This document shows, one piece after another, positions 25,050 to 37,000 of a stretch of DNA of 64,000 nucleotides (positions are counted from its first letter, which is position 1; every line of letters starts with the position of its first letter). Origin of the DNA: an uncultured virus (IMG/VR IMGVR_UViG_3300013004_000029) (Duplodnaviria; Heunggongvirae; Uroviricota; Caudoviricetes); the IMG/VR virus record IMGVR_UViG_3300013004_000029. One strand, 5' to 3'. The notes under the pieces are model-generated. The model searched no databases and was not told the origin of the DNA. It worked only from the letters and a program-made list of their open reading frames with translations. A program made the translations under genes and the position numbers.

Positions 25050-28000
25050 TTATGCTATATTTTTTCCGGGAATGACTCCTGGTTTAGATGCTGTTCCTTC
25101 TCCTGATCCGTTCCTGTCGTAGTTTTTGAGTTGTTCTCCGGCTTGAGCAAGGATGGTGTTCTTTAATTGTTCTGGTAAATTGGCCATTACTTCTCCACCG
25201 TTTAATGTTACATTCACACCTAAGTTCTCACTAGTCAATCTAATTTCAGTTGGTATATTTACCGCAGCTAATTGGGTCAATAATGAATCAAGTTTACCTG
25301 CAAAAGCTTCTAATCCGCTAGTGTTCAATACACCAGCACCTTGATTTTGTTGGCCGCTAGAGGTGGGAACTGCTCTTGGAGCCGATACAGGTGCTCCAGA
25401 TGAGGCTGGAGGAGTATAGGCACCGCTACCTTGTCTTGGTTGTGGTATCTGAGGAGGTAGTGTTTCTCCTGTTCCTTGAGGAACTGATGGGGCAGATGGT
25501 GGTACTTGTCCTGCCATGCCTGCTGCTGCACCAGCCTGTACTCCTTGTGGCTGATATGTCACGCCAAGTTTTTTCTCCATTCGTGCCCTGGTTTCAGGAT
25601 TTAATCTACTTAAATATTGTTGCTGTCTTTCTGATCTAACTTCTTCAGCACTCATGCCTCTAATATATGCTTCTTTATGAACATTTTGTAGACCCATTGG
25701 TCCGGGTCTGCTTGGTTGTTGTTGTTGAGTAGGAGTTATTGCTTGTGTTGGTGGAGCATTATTAACATTAGCCATATTAGTCGCAGCTTCTCCGACCATA
25801 CCAGCTACTTGTTGTTCTGTTTGTAGATTAGCATAGGATTGAGCAGCGGCCTGGGAAGGGTCTGTGATCTGTGTATTGCCAAACATATCTACATTAGAAG
25901 ATCCATATACTGTTGGTCTTTGAACACCCGGTTTTGGAGCCGATGCGGCGATAGCTTGTCTTTGTTGTGCTGGTGTTTGAGCATTTCCTGTAGTAAAATC
26001 ATCTGGTTTGGATACTGCTCCAGGTACGCCGGAATATGCAACATTAGGATCGGAATTATCGACAGCCGTTCTTCTTGGTGGGGAAGATGCGGAACCATTC
26101 GTATTTGCTGCTGTTGTGGGCGTAGGTGTCGCTGCTTGATTTGCAGCAGCATTCTGTGTTGGAGTAGTGGGTGTAGACGGCTTAGAAGGTGGAACACCAT
26201 CAACCATTTCAATAAGAGACTGTTTTCTTTTTGCAAAGTCTTCTTCGGATTCTCCGGGTAAAGCGTGTTCTTCGTAGTTCATACCAGATGCAGAAGCCGT
26301 AAGATGTTTTTTACCCTTAGCATCTCCAGTTAGCACAGCATTCTCTTGTTCTTTTTCACGTATTGTTCTTTCTGCCTTTTGTTTGTCTTCATCAGTCACC
26401 GCACTAGCTCTGGCCTTTTTAGCTTCTTCAATCTCAGCTTTATTTTTGGCTACTCTTTCTTTAGTTTCTTCTGGTGTAAGTGCTGGTTTGCCTGGATCTC
26501 CGGGTTTATCTTTTCCTACTTCCCCTGGAGCTGTAATGCCAGCGATCTTAGCTTCTTCCATAGCTTTTTTAACTGCTTCTGCACCCTTTATCATAGCGTC
26601 TTCAATTACTACGCCTGTTTTAGCTATAATTTCTTCTTTCTCATTCATTAATACTGTGTTGGCTGTAGCAGCAGCTTCTTTGAGAGCAGCTTGTTGGCCA
26701 GCTAAAGCGTCTTGTAATGCTTTGACTTTTGGATCTTCTTTAGCTCCTTTTTTCATCATATCTATATAATCTTTCATACTCTTGTCACCAATTTTCATTT
26801 GTGACGTATCTATTCCTCTAGCAGCAAACATGCTTTCATATACGCTGCCCATCATCTTACTTTGAGCATCTGGATCTACCGCACCTAATAGTGGAGCTAA
26901 CTCTTTGGCCATACTAATAGTATCGCCACTTTCCTGTGCATATGCTTCTTGGGCTGCTCTTTGGGCTTGTTGATGACTACCACCTTGATTACGCACTTGA
27001 TTATATGCCTTATTAGCAGAATAAGATTCTTGGAAGCTGACTCCTTTACCACTTAATGTTCTATTTAGGTTATTGAAGGTATTGCCCATTTTCTTCAAGT
27101 CTTGTGGTGTGGATGTTAATACCTTCTCCATGAATCCACCAGCAGCACCAAGTTTAGCAGCTCTCTCTTGCATTACATCTTGTAGTTCTTGCATTATGCC
27201 ACTAATATTGTCTTTAATATCATTAGGCAAAGCCATAATTTCATCACGAGCTTGTTTTGTAGATTGAGCAAATTGTGCTGTTGCATTAGCCGCTGCTGCC
27301 ATAGCTCCAGTTGCACCCTTAACAGCATTAGGATCTCCACTCATTAATGCTGGTCTACTAGCTTCATTAACTTGTTGTTGATTCTCTGCTGCCTGATTTG
27401 TTGCTGTTTTTAATTGATTATATCTATTAAGCATAGCTTTTGGACTAGCCGCAACGTCTGGCGTAGTACCAAGTCTCATTGCTCTAGACTGTGTTCTAAC
27501 AGCAGCATCAGCTTGCCATGAGATTTTCTCTCCAGTTCCTCTTCTGAATGCTAGGGTACTATTTGCAATAGTAGAGAAAGTATCTGCATTATTGTTTCTA
27601 ACTTCTTGATCTTTAGATGCTCCTTTTTGAGCAGCATCGCTCATCATAGCTATAGCATTGGCTGCTGTCTGGGCTTGTGCTTTTAATGCTTCCATAACCT
27701 TTCCAGAAGCTGCTATCTTATCGGCTAATTCTGGTACAGCCTTAAGTAAATCATTGAAGTCTAATTGAGAGATGTCTCCTTCAAAACCATCAACAAACGT
27801 TGATATCTTTTCTTTCATGCTTGCAGAGATATCAGGACCAAAAGCTTGTTCAACAGTTTTATTCATAGCATCCTTGACACTAGATCTGGTTTCTGAATCG
27901 TCTTTACCAGATGCCGTGGCTTCTTTAACAGCACTTCCAAAACTTTGTTCTAATTTACGAGGCAGTACTGCTGACTGAACCATTGCTTCGCTACTAGATC

Positions 28001-31000
28001 CTGCCATACCAGCATTTTGACGAGCAGCTTGTTCAACCTCATTTATACTGTATGCATTTGGATTGGATAATATATCAGCAGATTTAGAAATTTGACCTTG
28101 TTGTAAAGCAGCTGACGGATTGTCTATAGCTTCTATACCAAGTTTTCCATTTTCCATTATTTTATCTGCTTTGGCAGCAGCACTATTTAGAGCATCGGCC
28201 ATTCTTTCAAATGAAGTGCTGACTTTTTGTGCTGCCTTAGAGGCTTTAGCGTTTTCTTTTGCTAATTTGGCTGCTTCACCAGCCGCTTTTAGATCCGCCC
28301 CTTGTCTTTCCATTGCTGCTTTTCTGGCGCTCTCTAATGTTTTAGCTTCTGCGTCAGTAACCTTACCATCTGCATAAACAGCTTCTAATAAAGATTGATA
28401 TCCTTTATCTGTAAGTGCTATAGATTCAGATAATTGATTAAATTCTGATCTTGGCATTGAAGATTCTAGTTCTTCAAGAGTTTTCCCTGTCTTTTGCATT
28501 TTAGCCATTAACATTTCTTTTGCTGCATCTGCTGCTGGCTGTGCTGACTCTACTCTTTCGTCTACAGTTTTGGCAGAAGATGGTCCTACGCCAGCGGACC
28601 ATTCGGCCCATGTTCTTTCTTTTTTCTTAGCTCCAGCAACAGCTTCTTCTCTACTAGCAGATGCTATCGTAGTAAAATTAGCTTGCGCTCTAGCTTCTGC
28701 TTCTTTTCTAGTTTTTTCAGGAGCTTGGGTATTTGCAGCAATCGATAAGTCTTGAGACATTTTACCTCTAGCTTTATCTATTGTCTCCATTCTTTTTTGA
28801 CTAGCTGCTTGTCTTTCTATCTCTGGCATTTGAGACTGACCATATAACGCACCACCAATTCCGCCTATAGCGGCACCAGCGGCCATACCGAGAGGTCCAA
28901 ATGCTGAACCCATCATCATACCCATTGAAGCGCCAGAAACTGCCGATCCTCCAATAGTAGATATTTGTCTACCTTCTTTTGATTTGTCTCCTCCTGCGGC
29001 TTTACTGAAGTATTCAACACCAGCACTACCCAACATGGATATGCCCATTTCGGCAGCATACATTCCCATGCCGCCCATACCACCACCGCCGCCTCCACGA
29101 CCCCCTTTACCAAAACCTCTTTTACGTTTACCGTCTGGACCTCTGGTGACACCATCATCACCCATTTGTCCACCACCTCCGCCCATACCAAAAAATCCTC
29201 CAACTCTCCCCATAATACCATTACCGGTGCTTCTCCATCCTTGTTTGCCTCCACCGATATCAACTTTTTTCATACCCATCAAACTACCAACAGCACTATC
29301 TGCACCTTTTGCTAATTTAATGATACTATTTACAGCACCTCCGACAGCTTGAGATAATGCTTTGGTTGGATTGCTTCTTAATGTAGCAGCAAAAGAACCA
29401 ACTCCACCGCTAGCTTTAGATAAGCCACCAGCTAATGAGGCGGCTCCACTATGTAGTCTGGCCATACCTCCAGCAACCTTAGATGCACCAGCAACAATTG
29501 GAGCAAAAGCTTTATTTGCTGTAGCCAATATAGCAGAACCGGATGTTCCTCCTGCGGCCATACTACTAGCTTTATTCTTGAATTTTGTTGCTGTTGTACT
29601 GTATTGTTCAGCTCTAGCATTATTTCTTTCTATATAGTTTTTCTTTTGTGGAGCTACAGTAATATCTCCACGCCCAGCATTTGCTAGTGCTTTATGAGGA
29701 TCTTGTCCAGTACTAACAGCACCAGCATAAATTGCTGCTCCTTGAGATTGTGATTTTCTATTTTGTTTAGCCTGTTCTAAAGCTTGTGATGCAGATCTTT
29801 GAGCTTCTTCTTTGCTAGCTCCTGCTTCTCTAGCTCTTCCGTATGCTTGTCCAGCTACTAGCTTTTCTTCTTTTTTGGACATTGGTTTAGCTAATGTTTT
29901 TGTTCTTTCTAAAACTTCGTTTCTAGCATAAGTTTTAGCTTCTGTGGCTGTCTTACCCGATTTTCTAGCTTCTTGATATTTATTTTTTTCAAAATCTTGT
30001 AAGTCTTGAACAGTTTTTGCTCTATTCGCTTCAAAATTGGCGGATGAGGTAATCTCTCTACTTTTGGGTGAAGCAGGACCATAGGGCGTTGGGCCAACTC
30101 TTTCCTTTTTCTCTTGTTTAGCGGTCACCAAACCATTGTCAGATTTCCACTTTTCTATTTTTTGTTGTTTAGAAGCAAATTTTACCGCTGTTTCTTCTTT
30201 TGCAATTTTAGAGGCTTCTGTTGCAGAGGCTCCGGATTTTACGGCGGCTTTTTTCGCATTTTTTTCAAATTCAGCTTTATCTTTATCATTCTTTTTAATT
30301 GTATCTGTACTAGAAGTTATATGTTTAAGTGGCTTTAGGTCAATTTCAGAACCACCTTTTTCTATTGTTCTTGCTAGTTTTTTCATTGCTGCTTGCACAT
30401 CATTTATCGGCCACTTTTCTACACCTTTTTCTAATTTTTCAAAAGCAGCAGAATTAGCTTGTATACTTGCTCTTAGTTTAGCAGCATCTCTTGGAGACAT
30501 ACCAGATAAAGCTTGGTCTATTACGCCACCAGCAGCTAATTTTTGTACAGAGCCTCCGCTGTGGTATTTCGGTAATTTTGCTAAAGTTTGAGCAGCAACT
30601 TTGCCTCCCCTATTTAATTTTCTAAGAGTATGATGTCCAATTTGACCAGCAGCGTGTTTGTTAATAACAAATTCACCCTCTTGAGCCATAATCGGAATTT
30701 CTCCTCCGATAGCGAAACTACGAGATTCATTTAATTGAGACCCATATTGCTCAAGCAGTCTTCTTTTCTGGGTTTCTGCTCGTGTTTTTCTTTCTTCTGC
30801 TTCCCATATTTGTTGTTGATAGGGGTTTTTAACACTCTGACCAGTTAATTTTCCAAAAAATCCTGGTTTTATATCATGGCTTCTAAAAGTTTGTATACCA
30901 GATTCGGCATCTTGAATTTCTTTATCTAGTCTTTTTATAGTGTCTTTTAGTTCTAGTTTTTGCTGCCTATTAAGAACAACAGTAATACTTCCTGGTTTAG

Positions 31001-34000
31001 GACTTACTTTTGATTGAATAGCAGCTTGTTTAGTTTGTATTGGTGTTGATGGTCTTGTTGCTGTGACCAATGCTGGTTTAGAAGTCGAAGTTATCGGTTT
31101 TGCGGATGGTGGGGTTGATTGTTGAGATAATCTATATTTTCTTTGAGATAATCTGTCTATCTCATCTTCTAATTTATGTATTTCTGTTTGATATGGATTT
31201 TGTTTACTTCCAAAAAAACTAGTTTTTGTATGACTTGCTAAAACCTGTCTTCTAGCATTTAGATCATCAATCTGAGATTGTATAGCTAAAAGCTCACCAC
31301 CAGATGATTGTGTCCTAGATGTTTGCGCGACAACAGGTTTTCTTCTTATTGGCCTTAATGAACCACCAGCAAATCTTTGGATGGGTCCGCCATTTGCCTT
31401 TAAGAACTCAAACTGCATATGTTTAAGAAAAGGAGTATATTTTTCATCATTCATATCAACAATATCTGAGCCTTTGATAATATTAGGCTGTTGTTGATAT
31501 CCATAATTAAGTGAACTATTTGGATCTTTATCTATTGTATGGTGTTTAGCATCTAATGGTATCTTTGTGACTTGAGAGCCATATTTATTATTGGGTTGCG
31601 ATCTTTCATTGGCATAAGTATCCCAAACCTTTTTAGCGTGTTGACTTACTTTTCCTCTGTGTGAGGTTAATACTCCACCTCTAGCTGTTACAGCTTCCAT
31701 TACGGCATCATAAAGTCTTGGGCCATATCCTTTAGTAGCCTTGCTCAATCCAATATTCCAAATTCCCTTTTCTATTTCTTTAGCTGTTACAAAACCTTCT
31801 CTTACATTATTCTTGAAATAGAATGCTGTTATTTCATGACCAGATGATCTTAATCCTATTTTACCAAATTGTTTTTGTGGCTTGGGAGGCATACCTCCTT
31901 GAGCAAGACCGTATCGCTCCGGGTATCTTCTGGCTAATCTAGCTAAAACTAGGTGGGGTCTGGATCCTGCTTTACTTTTTAGTGATGTTTTTTTAGCTCT
32001 TAGAGATTCTATAGCTTCAACAATACCTGGTTGTTCTGTTCTAATTTTCTCTGTAATCCTGGATGGATATGCAGTTAAAGCCTTCTCTATTTCAGATACT
32101 TGTTTATTTGTTCTAGATTGTGTTTTATCAATAATTCTTGGTAAAATTTGTTGTCTATTGGCAAGCTGACCGGCTCTAGATTTTAAATCTTTTTCTACTT
32201 CTGGATGAAACCCACTAAAATCTCCTCTTAATATTCTTTCTCTAGCTGCTGTTCCACTTTCTCCATTGGGATCTCGGGGTACTTCTCTTACTCCAAAACC
32301 AGCTTCTTGATATTTCTTTAAAGATTTTTCATCTTTACCAGCAACTAATGCTTCACTACCTTTGGCTCTACGAATAAATAATCTTCTGCCAGTTTCTGGA
32401 TCTTTGCCCACATCAAAAACGTGAGGAATAGCAAAACCAGATGTTTTTTTACTGACATAAGCATCAGGAAATGCTTTTTGAGCTAATTTATGTCTAAACT
32501 CTTGAGGAAGCAATGCTGTACGAGCAGAATGGATATCTGTGCCAACAGGTTCATTAGGACCAACCAAAACTAATTTTTTATGTTTAGCATTAGACATCAA
32601 TCCTTGATCATGACCAGCTTTTGTAGGAGGAGAAAAACTACCAAATCCAAGACTGATCTGCTCCTCTTTTACTATAGGTAGTTCATTTTGTCTTTTGATT
32701 CTTTTCTTGAAATTGGGCAGCAGACCTAGGGTTACTAGCTTGCTTTTATCTCTAAGACCCATCTGTAACATTGCTTCAGTTTCACCACTATCTTGAGCTG
32801 TTATAGTATGAGTTCTTCCGTATTGCTTTTCTCCAGTTGCTGTTCTATGTCTTAATTGTTTCTTTAAGATTTTCTGTTCTTCTTTTGTACTACTAGATAA
32901 TGCTATAACTCTATCAGAATGATTTAAGTCAACCAATCTATCTGGAGATACCGAAGCTGCTGTATCTATTATACTATTTGCTTTAGATACATCCCCTAAT
33001 GTTTCGATAGGAAATCTATTTGTTTTACGTAAAGTAGCATTATCTGATATTTGTGTTCTCTGATTTCCTTCCGCAAAAGAACTTTTACCACTACCGGGCG
33101 AACCCACTACTGTGGTTAGTCTGGATAGTCCGCCAGATTTTCTAGCTTTGATAGCTTCTTCAGTAAGAATTCTCTTATATTCATCGAGATTAACTCCAAG
33201 TCTTTCCATTTCTGCTTTAGCTTTTGGACTATTTCTTAAAAAGTCACTATCTATCCAACCAACATTACGAACAGCTGGTTGTTTTGATTTTATGCCACCA
33301 CCTTTAGCAAAAAATTGATCTGGCTGAAAAGGTATCTCTCCTCCTCCATATCTCTTAAGTTGTTGAGCAAGCTCTAGTTGTCTTGGGGTGGGACCTGTGG
33401 TAGTTCTTAAAGAATCTGTCAAAGATGTAACATTTGTTTTGAGAGATAATTTACGACTTCTTTCCTCTGTTCTTTTTTGAATATAAGCTTTAGCTTCCTG
33501 AAGATTGTATTGATTCGTTTTTAAGAAATCTAGAACTTGATTGTGTTCCCATTTTGGTAAACCACTTCTATTTAATAGGTCGAAAAATTCTTGACCAAGC
33601 CTATTGGATTTTGTACTTCCGAATGGACTTGCTCCAACACCCTTTTCGTTAGGCACTAATTTATATGTAGATCTAGATAATTTACCACCATTAGCAAATT
33701 TTTGGATTATACCACCCATAGCTCTATTTTGAGAAGCTCTTAGAGAAGCTAATCCTCTACCTATCTGACTAGATGTTCTTTGTCCTTTAGAATTTCTACT
33801 TTTGCCTACTGCTTTTCTTTTTGCTGCTTCTGCTAGAGTTCTTCCTCCTTCTCCTCCATATGTGATGTCTGTTGGCACACCAGCAGCCTGTGGAATACCG
33901 AAGACTTTAGCTAGTTCTGGAGATAGGCCAGAAGCACCAAGATCTATAGAACCTAATGGTTTATCGATACCCATTAATCCTAAGATAGCTTGTTCTAACA

Positions 34001-37000
34001 AGCCTCCAGCAATACCAGAATGAATAGGTTTTCTTTTTAATTTACTAACATTATCTTTTGGTAATATCATACCAGCTTCTTGTGCTATGATTTTCATAAC
34101 CTTTTGGGTTATTCTAGCAGTTTGATTTCTTATTACGGCAGTAACTCTAGCGGCTGTTTTACCCTCTAATGCTCCTATATGTAAAGTAGCTGGAGTGTCT
34201 TTGATTCTTCTTCCTGTTTTTCTGTCTCTTGCTCCAGGAATCATTACTTCTGTGCTACTTCCTCTAATACCAGCAGGTGCCATAGCACCAATAACTGCTA
34301 CGTTTGTTCTTTTTGCTCTAACAGAAGTTTCAGCCTGAGAAGTTTTTCTTAAGGTTCTGGCTTCTTCTAATTGAGCTATTAATTTAGATCTAGCTTGAGA
34401 GCCGATATCTCCTCTGTTTCCTAAATCTGACCAAGAAGCAATGCTACCAAAATTAATGCCAAGTTTTTTAGATTCTGCTATTAATTCAGACCTACCCATA
34501 TTTTGTAGTGGTTTATCAGAACCCCCACTAAGTCTTTGTATCAAACCGCCTATAGCATGATATCTTCGACCCTTACCACCTCTTTGATATACTACTCTTA
34601 AATCTCCTGTCTCTGCTCTTTTTCTCATACTATCTGTATATCTTTTTCTAACTTCGGATGTTGTTCTTTTTACTTTTTCTCCTTTTTCTGCCGCCTGTTT
34701 AACAGCTTCGGCTCTTCTTTTTCTTCCCTTTTCCGTATCTGTATATACAATCTCTCTAATCTCAGAGAATCCTTTTTTAAGCACGGCTGGGGCTGCGTCT
34801 ATCATTGCTTTTCCAAGAGGAAATAGGTCTTTATCTCCACGAATAGGATATCGTAATTTACTTGCAGATGCTAATAATGCATCTTTTAAATTAGATAAAA
34901 CTTTAGGATCAGATAATAAATTATATGCCTCGCTGGATGTACCCCCTCTAAAAGTACCGGCTCCTGGCCTTACCTTTTTGCCATTCCTAGAAATTTGAAG
35001 TTGTTGAGAAAATAGTTCTTCAGGACTTGTGCCTTGTATTAGCGATAAGAATTGTTCTTTAGAAATATTTGCATTATTTTTCTTTAGTAATTGATTCCAT
35101 ACAGGTCCTTCTTTACCCAGTGTTATACCTATATTGGTTAAACCTCTTGCGTTTCTACTTCCCCTACCAAATAAATCTTTAATAATCGGGCCGGGATCTA
35201 GATGCATGAAAACACTACCGCTAGCATTTGTTTTACCAACTTTAACAGGCTTGTCTGTTCCACTGGATAGTCTTTGAATTTTTCCTCCCAAAGCATATCT
35301 TATAGCTCCTCCATTAGAAGCCATCTGTGCTATATTCTCTGCTCCGATTGCTCTGACAGATTTTCTTTTGATAACAAAAGATCCTTCTGGTAGCGTTGTT
35401 CTGAAATTATCTCCTCTGCCAGAACCGGGAACCATAAATATTCCACCACCGCCAGCCCTATTCAAAGCAACAGATGAGTTGGGTCTATCTCCAGCACGAT
35501 TTAATCTTCTTAGATTACCATATCCTGCTTTTTTTGCTGATTCTCCAACAAATACCATTTCTCCTGCTTCTAGAGCGACAGGAACCTGACCTCCTTGAGC
35601 ATAACCCCTAGGCGCTCCACTCATTCTTGTACCTGGACCACCACCTGGTCCTCCACCACCTCTTCTCATTCCACTAGCGAAACCAGAAGCAAATCTAAAA
35701 GCTCCGATAGTGCCTTTAACAGCTAATAATCCTGCTATTGCTGGCATTGCATGTTTGGAAGCATCGGCTACTGATATAAGCGCACTAGCTAAATCTAAAG
35801 CAACCTTGACCATGGTCTGAAATTGATTTGAACTACCTATACTTCTAACAAGAGCAATAAATTCTTGTTGTACTTTAGCCATTTGTATTGCTAAAGCCTG
35901 TTGAGCTTTTGCGGCATCAGCTGTTAGAGAACCTTGTCCTCTTTGAGCAGTCATTAGTGCTCTTTCAGCTGTTGAGAATTGTTGTAATAATGGAATAACT
36001 TTACCTACCTGTCTAAAGCCTCCAAGCTCTTCGATGATAGATGAAAATCTAATATCTCTAGTATCTAAGCCAGCCAAACCACGACTTAATCTTTTAACAG
36101 CCTCATACGGACCAACGAATTTACCTTCAAGATCTGTTAACTCTATACCGTATTGTTTTAATAGGTCGATAGTATCTTTTCTTTGAATTCTAGTAAATAT
36201 TGTTCTTAAGCCTGTGGCAATAGTTTCTGCACTTTCACGGGTTGTTGCTCTAACACTAGTGAATAATGCTATGAATTGATTCAATGCTTCAGAATTTTCT
36301 ACCACACCTTTACTGGCTGCGGCGAACACACCACCAGTACGCTGGATAGCAACGATAATATCGTCGGCTTCAACGGCAAATTTAGCGGCAACCGAGTTTA
36401 TTGAACCAAGAGCAGCCTCTAATTGTGCTGTAGATATAGAAAACTGTCGCATTAAAGCAATACTACCTTCTACTGTCTCATTAAGATTACCGAAAGATGG
36501 AGCGAGAACACTTTTTGCTAATGCTTTTAATGCTTCTTCTGTCTCGTTAGCCGATAAACCAGCCTGAGCAAGCGTACTAGAAACGTCTATTAAAGAACTA
36601 GAAGAAACACCAAGACTAGTAGACAACGCAGTAATTGTTTGTTCTAGTCCTTCTAGTCCTTTTAAGGATGTGCCAGTAACTTGAGATAGTTGTACTAACT
36701 GACTATTGAATTTGATAAACTCACTAGATGCTTGTCCTAAAGCATTAGTAAATTTGAAAATAACACCAGTAACTAGTGAGAATGCAGCAAATCTACGAAT
36801 GGCTAATGCTGACTGTTTTCCGAACTCAACCATAGAATTAGAAGAATCTGTTATACTAGCAGTAGTTTTAGCTTGTTGAGATTGTAGTCTTTGAGACTGT
36901 TGTGTAACAGCAGCAATATCTTTTGGTACAGATCTGACGTCTACCGACCTTATAGCTGTTCCAAGTTGACGAAAAGCAGATGAAGCAGAAGATGCTGATG

